64,000 nt of DNA, from contig CDMY01000263.1 in NCBI GenBank assembly GCA_001179505.1, positions 62,001 to 126,000 on the forward strand. Reading direction: 5' to 3'. The translations under genes and the position numbers were made by a program. The first letter of the stretch is position 1. Each line of letters opens with the position of its first letter. This document shows positions 10,611-22,363 of this stretch, one piece after another. This stretch comes from Vitrella brassicaformis CCMP3155. Its lineage: Eukaryota > Protista > Chromerida. The notes under the pieces were generated by a model, which was given only the letters and a program-made list of their open reading frames with translations, ran no database searches and had not been told where the DNA came from.

Positions 10611-13506
10611 TTATATTTGTGTGTCGAGCCACGACTGGAATACCTCCCATTTGGCCGTGAAGGAGTCATCCCCCTCCGCTTCTGACGACCAGGCCGGGTA
10701 TTGATCGTCCCCTGACCAGGTGATCTGGGTGGCGCCCCCTCGTGCCTTCATGGTCCAGAGCTCAGATGTCACGGAGGTGTCCGACTGGTCCTTTGGGATG
10801 GCACGAACGACGCCGAAGAGCACCCCGGAGATGAGCTCCTGCTCGTCACCCACCTCCGTCGCGGCAAAGAGCGAATTGTATCGGAGGTCGCAGCCCGTCC
10901 TGCACACAGAGAACACAGACAGCCAGCTAGGCAGACAAAGATGCATACGTTCTTGTTTGTCCATCCATCCATCCATTCTCATTGATGGGATGGCGGTTTC
11001 GTGCTCACTCACTTGATGAAGAGCTCATCTGCTCCCGTCTCCGCGTCCTGTGTCGTGTGTCAGGGCGGGATATAAACACACGGAGACACACACAGCAGTA
11101 CACAGACCGAGATACATGACATGAATGACCCATTCATTATTCTGTGTTCTTGAGTGTGTACGAATGCTTCAAATGTCCAGCAGCCCTTCGCAAAGCCTGC
11201 AGGCTCGAATGTCACGGGATTCCGTCGACCTACACCATACAACAGCTTCTTCTGAGCTGCAACATAGCACAACAGAACCCAACACGCAGCATAAGCGAAG
11301 AGGCCGGCTCAACACGGAAGCACCTGGCTGAAGCGCTTGACGTCAGTCGGTCTGTCCGTCAGTCTGTCTGTCTGTCTGCGTGTCCTTACTTTCACTTCTG
11401 CTGAGTGTGGGAATGCCGTTAGCGATGAACGTGTCGTTTCTTGTCCATATCGACTCGAGAACAAATGAGTCCTGGTCCTCCGGGTCCCTTTTGAACTCGA
11501 ACTTTTGAATCCCCAGAGGGGAGTCACCCAGCAGCACCGCTATCAGACTGCGGAATTGAGGATCCAGTAGCGACTGCACATCCACACGAGACACACCAGA
11601 TTGACGGCCGATGGGCTGTCTCTTCTACGTGCTGTGCTGTGCTACTCTTAAGTGTGCGCACTGACTGCAACCGTACGTACGTACAGGTGGAAGGGCATCG
11701 CCGAGTAGTTGCGTGAGGAATGCAGCCAGCACCTCAAAGAAGGGTTCTGCACCTTCGGCCACCTTAATGCCCTCGTCAGTCAGGGCGTCATTCACCACGT
11801 ACAGGTCCGTGCCGTCGGCTAACACGGACTGGTGAACACACACAAAGGCGACAAACAGACAGAGAGAGGTAGGCAGGTGAGACGTGGAGACATCCATCAG
11901 GTAGTATAGCTAGTCATTCACCTGGTCCGAGAAGGAAGAGAGCCCGTCTGGGAGACCCCCGAAGGTGACCTCCGCAAAAGCAGCAACCGAGCCATCATCC
12001 GCATGGTAGACCACCAATTTCTGTGGATCTGACCCATCCGTGATGACTGCAGGCAGACACATAGCGACCCGACCAGGTAGATAGGTAGACAGCTATGCAG
12101 GTAGGCAGTCATTTCCCTTACCGATGAAGAGTTCTCCGTCAAGATCGATAATTGTTGGGGAGCTGCCGCTGCCTATGGGAGTGATCCTGCCGATGGCCGG
12201 CTCGTCGACGCTCTCGTAAGCCGATGCCCATATCACCTCCAGGACCCCATCGGTGGGATCCGCCGACGCTGTGAACTGAATCCTGAACACCTTGTTGTCT
12301 TCACCATTGCCGGCAGCCGACGCCCCCGTCACGGCATAGATGTTGCCCAATTCATCCACTGATATCGAGTTCGTCACAGCTGTTCGTTCACATACAAAGT
12401 AGCGAATGTCCACACGTATCGTATCTGGCAGTGCAGCTCATGTGTCGGTCTGCCCGTCTGTCTCGTGGTTGACGGCCGGCTTACCCGGGAGCTCGCCGCC
12501 GTCTTCCTCTTGGTCCAATGCGACGACGTTGGACACCTCCGTAAACGTCTCTGTCTCCCTGTCAAAGCTGAGGACTCCCACCTGGGCCCTGAATGTGATG
12601 TAGGCCATCAACAGAGACGACGAGTCCGTGTCCCCGGCAGCAGGGTACAGTGGCACCACCGCATAAAATCGGTCGTCCTCTATGGTCGTATCCAGCCTGT
12701 CGGACCCGTCGAAGAGGAACTCGGCGGCCACTCTGATATCGGAGAGAAACTCGCCCTCCTCTGCGTCAGAGAGAGCGAAGATACGGCGGCCATTCGGATT
12801 GAAGTAGTAGTTATCGCTTGTGACGAACGAGTAGATGCCGTGAGGTGTGATGTCGATGTCGGAGTCCGGCTTCTTGAAACAGTCCACGATGCCCAGATCC
12901 GTCGTCGTCCGCGACACCTTGCAGATGTCCTACACACCCGCATACACACGACATGGTGATGGTCAATCAATGGTATCTTTGTGTTTCGTAGAATCAGTCA
13001 GTCCGTGAGTCAGTCATGCAGTAACTGACGGTGAATGAGGACGACCAGAAGCCATCGGAAGTGTCACCCCCCTTTCTGTCGGTATAGAGGAGGGACGTTG
13101 GGCCCAGGAGCACTATTGGGTCGAACAAAGACTGCCTTGCCACGTCTAGCACTGGACCAAAAGGCCCTGACTTGAAGTCGCCTCTGTCGATGCTTGGCAG
13201 GTCGGTGCTTGAGGGAGTCAGGCACACAGCACAGGCAGACACAGCTGGAACGTTGATCTTCCGTGCCTCTCACCTTTGATCAGAGTATGAGTTTTGTAGA
13301 GCGATTGGCCACGCTGTTGTGGCGGGCACCCCAAGCCACACCACAGACAGACGAACCCATCTTGTCTTGGGGTCCGTGAGTGTATGCGAGTGCTGATTGA
13401 TTCACTCACCGAATTTCGCAAGATTGTCGTTTTGCGGCACCTCTTCGTTGATTTGTGAGCTGGCAAGGCCGCAGAGGGCCAGCAGAAGTACGATGGATGG
13501 ACGCAT
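10611..13506 (-). CDS. Secreted acidic protein of an uncharacterised, mainly bacterial beta-propeller-like family
   Basis: Exon 1 (13410-13506) encodes MRPSIVLLLALCGLASSQ (signal-peptide-like). Later exons give TNSISVDELGNIYAVT, WASAYE…GRITPIGSGSSPTII, VITDGSDPQKLVVYHADDG, CWTFEAF|DAETG and YNSLFAATEVG…SGVLFGVVR. Stop at 10611. The family assignment is from recalled motif order, not a search. Confidence 0.7.
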
Positions 13507-14077
13507 TGGCTCTGGGCAGTAGGTCGAACTTGGTCAATCTGGTCGGTACGCTGCGTAAATTCTCTTGCCGCGAGATAAGCGTGCACGTCTCTCTTGCCGC
13601 TGGTGAGATTGCACGTCAACAAAGAAGTGTCTTGTGTAGTTCGAGTAGTGTCACGAACAAACAATGTCCCCCTGTCTGCCTTCCTCCCTCCCTCCCTCCC
13701 TGCTGTCACATGATGGATGACCCAATTCACGCACACACTAAGCTATCCAGATGTCTGTGGGCACGTGTCGACTAAGACACTAATGTCCGTCTGCCGTGGG
13801 ACACAAACGATGCACCATCGGCTTGACCACAAGAATTATCAAACAACACTAACAAACACGTACACACCACCCACCCACCCACGTACATGTCATTCATTTA
13901 CCCCATACTATGGGTGTGGAACGGAACACCACAGCACGGAATAACACGAACAACGACACGCATCACGTGACAGAAAAAAGGATACTAATGCCACTAGCTG
14001 ATACTGCAGACTAATCACTTAAAGACAAAGAGGCAGACCAGTGTTTGTGTGTGTGCGTGTGTGTCCCCTTCTGCCAC

Positions 14078-15608
14078 TCAGTGGTGGCTGTTGGAGCCTC
14101 CCCTAAAGCTGTGGTAGTCGTATATGCAGCACACGGGCTTTTTCTTGCCAGAATGGTCGGCGTCGATGAAGGTCAGCTTGCCCTTGGCACACTTGTAGGC
14201 CACCGTCGCGTAGAGGGGCTTGACGCACTTCTTGTCGGCCTCGAGCAGCTCGTAGCCATGAGGGCACTTGTACTTGTAGCTCAGCTTCTTGCTGGCGTAG
14301 CACTTGCTGCCGTCATCAGTCAGCTTATACCCATACTTGCACTCGTAGTCGACGTCATAGGTCTTCTTGGCCACACACTTGTGGTCCTCCAGGTAGCCGT
14401 GCTTGCAGTAATGCGCCTTAGCTTCGTATTCGGTCGTCTTGCATCCCTCAGGCGTGAACTTGAAGTGCTGAAGCAATGACACGCAGACACACAGATGAGT
14501 ATGTGTGTGCGCGGAATCGTCCAGTGCCGTGTTGGCGATGTTCTCACTCGACTCACTCACCTCTGAGCAGTAGTACTCGAGGTCGGCATAGTCGTATTTG
14601 ATGCACTTGTGCGTCTCGTCGTCGAACTCAAAGCCGTAGGGGCACTTGGTCTTCTTGTCTTGATACTTGTCCGCCCAGCACTTGCTGTAGTCGCTCGTGA
14701 GGGAGTAGCCGGATGGGCACTTGTAGTCGGGATCATAGTAGGCCTTCTTGACACACTTGCGGTCGTGCAGTGTGTATCCGGCCTTGCACTTGGGGTAGTA
14801 GAGGGGGTAGCTGTCGATGATCTTGAAGCACTTGTGGCCCTCGAGGTAGCCGTGCTTGCAGTAGGGCACCTTCTCCTCGTACGTCGTCGTCTTGCAGCCC
14901 TTCGGCGACTCATAAGAATGCTGCACACACACACACACACACACACACGGGAGAGGGAATGAAACACGCCCATCTGTCTGTGTGGCGTAGTGTGTTCACA
15001 CACTCACACACTCACTCACCGCAAGGCAGTAGTACTCGAGGTCAGCATAGATGTACTTGAAGCACTTGTTCTTGTCGTCAGTCAGCTCGTAGCCGTAAGG
15101 GCACTTGTAGAGCTTGTGTTCATACTTGTCGGCGTAGCACTTGGCCCTGTCGGCTGTGAAGCCGTAGCCGTAAGGGCATTGGTACTCGACGGGGTAGTGC
15201 TCGTAATCGATGCACTTGTGGCCGTCGAGCTCGCCGTATTTGCAGTAGGGGGTTTTCTTCTCGTAGACGTACCTGACGCAGCCCTCGGCGGTCTTCTTGG
15301 TGCCCTGCACCCACAATCAAAGGATCAAATCAAGGAATCAATCGATCAGCATAACACACAAGTGTCGGGTTCTGCTTGCGTCTGCATACCTCAGGGCAGT
15401 AGTACTTGATGTCCTGGTAGTCGTATTTGACGCACTTGTGTGAGTCGGCGTCGAACTCATACCCGTAAGGGCACTCGTAGTGCACATCAGCCTTCTTCTC
15501 GCACACACCGTGTGTGTAGCCGTAACCGCCGTAACCGCTCTGGGCGGCAGTTGGAGGCACACATGCCAGCAGCAGCAAGGCCGAAGCACACAAGGCAAAG
15601 ACGCCCAT
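14078..15608 (-). CDS. Secreted Cys/Tyr/Lys-rich repeat protein, oocyst-wall-protein (COWP/OWP)-like, 417 aa
   Basis: Four exons (15390-15608, 15020-15304, 14561-14920, 14078-14467), all phase 0. Signal peptide MGVFALCASALLLLACVPPTAA. Repeated CP[YSH]GY/F-x(7-8)-KC units resemble apicomplexan wall-protein Cys repeats. Confidence 0.85.
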
Positions 15609-16173
15609 AGTGACAGCTGAGAACTGGCGGATGGCAGCCAAGCGGGGCGGCAACAAGACGAAGAGTGCAGGGAAGTCGCTGTACTGGCTGTGTGTGGGTC
15701 AGGAAGAAGCTGTGTAAGTGTTTGTTTGCTGTGGTTGATGTCGGGAGCGGAAGGGGGCGAGTGATGAGGGCTGTTGTGAGGCAGTGGCTCCACTGCGTCG
15801 CCATGTGGTCCTTGGCGCTGATCCTTCAGGCTGAAGGACGCACAGAGAGAGGGTAGAGATCTCCCATGCGAACTCCGCACCCATATAATCCCTTTTTTTC
15901 CTGTCAGAAAGCATTGTAGCAGTGCGTCAGTGCCTTTCTACCCATCCCAGGCCAGAAAAGGCAACGCGACGAAAGAATTTTGCCCGATCGAGTGAGGATC
16001 GAACTCGTCTTTTTCTCGCTTTTCGCGAATTCGTTTCCGGACTTTTTGGCGCGAATCCTTTGTCCGTGGCAGGGCACCCCACCTCGAGCGAAGAAAAAGA
16101 GCGGAGCACCCAGAAAGCATGGGACTGGGGGCTGTGGGGGCCCCCAGCCGAAGGCAACCAGCGGTCCTTCAAG

Positions 16174-19100
16174 ATGTCGTGGAAGATCAAGAGGGCATCG
16201 GTAGGCCAGACATCCACATGAGCGTCTCATCTCCTCGCCGTGTCGTGTGCTCAGGAGTACTATGCGCGCCATGGCATCCAGGAGCTGCTCACCAACATGC
16301 TGGTGGAGCTGGGCCGCACCCTGCCGGAGGAACCCATCGATGCCATGGTGAGTCACGCCCACAGAACGCATGAGGGCCACTCGAACAGAATGAGCGACAC
16401 GCACAGGTCACCTATCTCCACGAAGCCAAGGCCCAGCGTGAGGCACAGTCATCGGCAACTGCGGCCGAAAAGGTCTCAACAAGGGGACAAGAGATTCGAC
16501 AACACCACTTGACTACCGTGTCTTCAGTTGACCCAGGGCATGAGTGGGCTAAATGGCGGCCGAGGGTCCAACACCGAGCTGTCACAGCGGGGATCCGACG
16601 CGGGAATCAACTATGACAGCCCTGGGGAGGCCTCACCAGTACATGAGCCTGCGGGGCCCACCTATACACGCAAAAGAAGAGGTGAACACAGTCAATCATT
16701 CACTGTTACCACGCCGTCTGGAGCTCGATGCCTGCCTGCCTGCCTGGCAGAGAACGTGTTTTCGGAGACCACAACAGACGAGGATCCTGACTGGAAGGCT
16801 CCAGTGTACGAAAAATCAGAAGAATCAAAGGATTCCATCCTGAAGGTCGCCACTGTAGGACAAGTGTACCTTGAAAAGGGGGCGGTCGACCATTTTCTTC
16901 TCTCTGTGGCATCAGAGTTTGAACAAGAACATCCTGTTTGCCGAATTGGAGCCCGAGGAGGAGAAAGTCCTGGTCGACGCCTTCTTCGAAATCACATACA
17001 ACGAGGGAGACCTGATCATCAAACAAGGTGGCACCACAGCGCCACTGGCAAACCATCTTATGCCTAGTTGCTGCTGCTCGTGGACAGGCGATGAGGGCGA
17101 TCAGTACTACATATTGGAGGATGGTGTGTGCGAGTGTTTCGTGCGCATCCCGGGCAAGGAGGCCGAGTACGAGAGCGAGCACGGCAAGTTGGTCTTCACC
17201 TACAACCCCGGCATGGCCTTTGGCGAGCTGGCTTTGATGTACAACGCCCCCCGTGCGGCCACCATCCAGGCCAAGACACCCGCCAAGGTCTGGGCCCTCG
17301 ACCGCAAGACATTCAAGAAAGTCCTCCAGGTGTCGTCCCAGAAGGCTCGCGACGTGCAATTGGGCTTCGTGGATAAATTTGAAATGTTCAGTAAGCTTCG
17401 GGCCACAAGCCGGGGCCATAGTATGTATACCGAAGCACACACGTGCATTGCATCGATCGGTGAATTGCAGGCAGCCTGAGCCGTTTTGAGAAGCTGCGTC
17501 TGTTGGAGGCCCTCCGTGCTGAGCATTTCAGCGAGGGTGAGCGCATCATCCAGCAGGGGGACCCGGGGGACGCGTTCTACATGATCGAAGAGGTCACGCA
17601 GACACACAAGACATGACTGACACACAAAGATCAGACAGAGACACGGGTGGTTGATTGCATTGGCCTGCAGGGCGAGTGCATGTGTGTTGTGGAGGACGAG
17701 AACGGCAATGAGGTCGAATGCTTCAGAAGGCTGCAGGTAGGCAAGTCACGTTATCTGACTGGTGAGTGATGTGTCTCCGTCTAAATGATGGATGGGTGGA
17801 TGCAGGGTGGTGATTTCTTCGGCGAGTTGGCTCTGTTGAGCAACAAGCCCCGGGCTGTCTCTGTGGACGCCGTGGTCGACACCAAAGTCTACACACTCGA
17901 CGCAGAAGCATTCGGTCACACAGCAAAGCAACCTGAACAGTCATCGGACTCTGTGTATGTATGTTTGCTCGACGTGTTTCCCGATTGATCTTTGTTTTGC
18001 AGAGCGCTTGTTGGGCCCTCTGAGCGACGTTCTTCGCCGCAATATGGATTTGTATGCCAAGTGGATGGCCAAAGTCAAGAAAGAGGACGAGGGCGACGAA
18101 CAGAGCCCGTCGTCACGGGACGTCGATACGACTCTCTCTGAAGTATGTGTGTATTTAGCGTCAGTGAATCGTCATTGAATTTGTATCGTGATTCACAGGC
18201 GACTCGTTCGCGTCACGATGACGAGGATCAAGAGCAGGAGGAGACCGACGAGTCGCCCGCCTCACGCACCGCATCACCCGAAGCGCAGAGCATTTACACC
18301 AGAAACAGAAGAGGTCACCACCAGATTCGCCTGGAAACAAAGTGTGATGTGTTGTTCTATGTATTGCCTCACCAGCGAATGTGATGGGTGAGAGTCTGGA
18401 GGACGACGCCGACTTCGTGCCGCCGGTGATTCCCAAGACTGCCGAGGACGAGCAAGTCATCTTCTCGGCTGTCGGCAAGAACGTGCTCTTCAGCCACCTG
18501 GCCAAGGAAGAGACGCGTGTCATTGTCGACGCCATGGAGGCCAAACACTTGGAGCAAGGGGAACTCATCATCAAACAAGGTATATACATATATACGTGTA
18601 TATAGGGCTCAGACAGACAGACAGACAGGCCAATGGTGGCCTGATGCGATGCGACACACCCAATGGACTGGACGGACACATTCATTCCTTTGTCGGTCCG
18701 CGCATGGCATGGCGGCCGGCCAGGGATGGCCTGCGAGATACGCCTAGAGACAGAGAGAAAGAGATAGGCCAGCTGTGCTTGCCCCGCCTTCACATGTTTT
18801 TGGGGGCTCACTGAGCTCACCCGCGCTGCCAATGTGTTGGTGCAGGTGACGACGGCAACCACTGGTACATATTGGAGGATGGTGTGTGCGAGTGTTTCGT
18901 GCGCATCCCGGGCAAGGAGGCCGAGTACGAGAGCGAGGACGGCAAGTTGGTCTTCACCTACAACCCCGGCATGGCCTTTGGCGAGCTGGCTTTGATGTAC
19001 AACGCCCCCCGTGCGGCCACCATCCAGGCCAAGACACCCGCCAAGGTCTGGGCCCTCGACCGCAAGACATTCAAGAAGGTGCTGCAGCAGACGTCGCAGG

Positions 19101-21739
19101 CGACGCGCGACGTGCAGATGGACTTCATCAACCGCTTTGAGATGTTCGACGAGCTGTCCAAGTTCGAGAAGCTGCGGCTCCTGGAGGCACTCGAGGCCAG
19201 GTATGTCGAGGCCGGACAGCGAATCATCCAGCAGGGCGACACCGGACACGAGTTCTTCATGATCGAATCGGTCAGCCAAGCCAGGGAGTGGGCTGGGTGC
19301 ACTGCACCCCTTGACTTAGGGAGTCGGGTCGTGTGTACGTACCTACCTACCTACATGTGCATTGATTGCATGTACGCATACGAATACGCATATACGTGTG
19401 TGTCTCATGTGTATGTACGCAACGCATGTGTGTACATACATATACATCCGTGTGCCTGTGCGTGTGCAGGGCGAGTGCAAGTGTGTGGTGACCAACGAGC
19501 ACGGCGAGGAGTCCGAATGTTTCAGACGACTACAGGAAAGTGGCACACATTCATTGGTCGATCAGTGAATGAATGCTTCGTATGTGTGCCTCCCTGTGTC
19601 TTTTGGTAGGGTGGGGATTTCTTTGGCGAGTTGGCGCTTCTGCGCAAGAAGCCTCGTGCCGTGTCTGTGGATGCCGTGACGGACGTCAAGGTATACGTGT
19701 TGGAAGAGGAGGCCTTCGAGAGACTCCTCGGGCCCCTCGAGGAAATACTTAGGCACGTACACATGCATACACGCGTGCAGGCATGCTTACCGATGGCGTG
19801 GCGGGACCGCCCCGGCACTGCACTGCCTGCCGTGTGCATTTGGTGTGTGTGTGTGTGTGTGTGTGCAGACGCAACATGGACAACTATGCCGTCTACATGA
19901 GGAAACTCGGCCTGCAAATCGAAGACGCGGGCGAACAACAGGTAGGCACGAGTTGTGCTGGCTGGGTCAAACACGCCAGCCCAGCAACAAGGGAACGTAT
20001 TTTAAGAAACGTTTGTCGGAAGGATCCAACACGCCTTTCTATGTGTCGGCGTGGGTGCAGGCAAAGGAAGATGAGGCGCAGCAATACTCGGTGAGTGAGT
20101 GAGCAACGAAGGGTAGAGCCCGCTGAGGGGGCCCTGGCTGGTCGTGAAGCGGTCCGTGTAGCATCAAGCACTTCGTGCTTTTGCATGAACCCTGAGATAT
20201 TCGGCACCTTCAGAGATTCGCCACTCCATTCTTTCCCCTCTGTGCTGGCTGCGGGGATCTGCTTTTATTGGTTGATTCGTGCAGGCTGTGTCCATGGCGG
20301 ATGAAGGTGGTGAGGGCCAGGATGGCGATGCTGCTGATCTCAAGAGCGAATATGACGAGTCGGCACCGCCATCACCGACCGCAGCATCGGGGTAAACCAG
20401 ACACGCACTTACAGCGCCCACAAAGGGATGCCATGATTGTTCTTGCTGCCCTTTGCATATCAGGCCGCCTCCTGCCGCAGTGCGATCGAGGAGAGGTAAG
20501 ACATGGACTCATATTTGAGACTGACCCTGATCGATGGAGGCAAAACCCGCACAATAAAGACAGATGAATGCACACGGGTGCATCGTACGTCCCCAGCGCT
20601 CTGTCTGTTCATTGCTGTGCAATGTGATGACATTGCCCTCTCTGGCCTGTGGTTTATTCACCAGCGAATGTGATGGGTGAGAGTCTGGAGGACGACGCCG
20701 ACTTCGTGCCGCCGGTGATTCCCAAGACTGCCGAGGACGAGCAAGTCATCTTCTCGGCTGTCGGCAAGAACGTGCTCTTCAGCCACCTGGCCAAGGAAGA
20801 GACGCGTGTCATTGTCGACGCCATGGAGGCCAAACACTTGGAGCAAGGGGAACTCATCATCAAACAAGGTATATGCATATATACGTGTATATAGGGCTCA
20901 GACAGACAGACAGACAGACAGACAGGCCAATGGTGGCCTGATGCGATGCGACACACCCANNNNNNNNNNNNNNNNNNNNNNNNNNNNNNNNNNNNNNNNN
21001 NNNNNNNNNNNNNNNNNNNNNNNNNNNNNNNNNNNNNNNNNNNNNNNNNNNNNNNNNNNNNNNNNNNNNNNNNNNNNNNNNNNNNNNNNNNNNNNNNNNN
21101 NNNNNNNNNNNNNNNNNNNNNNNNNNNNNNNNNNNNNNNNNNNNNNNNNNNNNNNNNNNNNNNNNNNNNNNNNNNNNNNNNNNNNNNNNNNNNNNNNNNN
21201 NNNNNNNNNNNNNNNNNNNNNNNNNNNNNNNNNNNNNNNNNNNNNNNNNNNNNNNNNNNATGTGTGTCTCCCTGTGTCTTTTGGTAGGGTGGGGATTTCT
21301 TTGGCGAGTTGGCGCTTCTGCGCAAGAAGCCTCGTGCCGTGTCTGTGGATGCCGTGACGGACGTCAAGGTATACGTGTTGGAAGAGGAGGCCTTCGAGAG
21401 ACTCCTCGGGCCCCTCGAGGAAATACTCAGGCACGTACACATGCATACACGCGTGCAGGCATGCTTACCGATGGCGTGGCGGGACCGCCCCGGCACTGCA
21501 CTGCCTGCCGTGTGCATTTGGTGTGTGTGTGTGTGTGTGTGTGTGTGCAGACGCAACATGGACAACTATGCCGTCTACATGAAGAAACTCGGACTGCAAA
21601 TCGAAGACGCGGGCGAACAACAGGTAGGCACGAGTTGTGCTGGCTGGGTCAAACACGCCAGCCCAGCAACAAGGGAATGTGACAAGTGAGGACTGCACGA
21701 CTTCGTCTGGCTGTATTTATCTCGCAGCAAGCAGAATGA
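16174..21739 (+). CDS. cAMP-dependent protein kinase regulatory-subunit-like protein with a Dpy-30/RIIa-type docking domain and three tandem R cores
   Basis: MSWKIKRAS|[31 protein letters not shown] is docking-domain-like. Three RRxNV linkers each precede a CNB-A/CNB-B pair, with cassettes [15 protein letters not shown] and FGELALL(SN/RK)KPRAVS. Most of the third CNB-A lies in the N gap. The 3' end is uncertain (21689 if read through, 21739 if spliced). Confidence 0.85.
18369..21677 (+). repeat. Recent intragenic segmental duplication 18369-19995 / 20658-21677
   Basis: Exons and introns are near-identical with scattered substitutions (ATGAGGAAACTCGGC vs ATGAAGAAACTCGGA; ATACTTAGG vs ATACTCAGG; one extra GACA unit). 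The copies share ends at TCACCAG and CAAGGGAA. Confidence 0.9.
20960..21259. other. Assembly gap (300 N) in the third PKA-R core
   Basis: The flanks map to 18662 and 19582 in copy 2, so about 919 bp would be missing if the structure is conserved. Confidence 0.95.
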
Positions 21740-22363
21740 GCGCAGCGCCACTCGGTCTCTGGAGCAGTCTTTAACACACCAAACTTTGTTCTCTATATAT
21801 GGTGGGTGTGTGTTTCGGTTCCATCAGGTTGCATCCATTGAGTCCGAGGCACCAGAATCGTAAAGTGGATTGGCTTTTTCCGCTTCCATGTTAGCTGCGC
21901 TGCACTGCGGTGAATGTGCCACCCAATAAATGATCGGGTAAATGGCGGGGGAACTATGGGCTGCAGTATCTTTGAAAGGCTGAGGGATTCCAGTTCACCA
22001 TGTCGCTCGCACGAAGTCAAGGCAGCCAGCCTTCCATGCAGTCAGTCAGAAGCAGACCTCTACTGCCCCTCCCCCCGCGCCCCTCGCCCGTCCCGCCTTT
22101 GATAGGCCACAGACAGACCCCATCAATTCAATTAAAACGACCATCCATCCATCCATAAATTCACTCATTCAGGTACACGGACACGGACACACAGAAAGGC
22201 GGACAGATGGACTCATTCACACGGCACAGACCCCCATGGCACAAAAGTCACACGCCTCGCCTCACACGCGCGTCGGGTCCGTCCACTCAGCCAAGCCAGA
22301 TGTGCACATAGACACGTCGATGACGTCAGTCACGGAATTGATAGTCCTGCACGGGCCAAATGA

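Noticed and set aside
20658-21677. Third PKA-R core as a pure assembly artefact
   Set aside because: It differs from copy 2 at several substitutions, has unique in-frame linker exons with its own RR motif, and has a unique downstream junction. An artefact is not fully excluded because of the gap.
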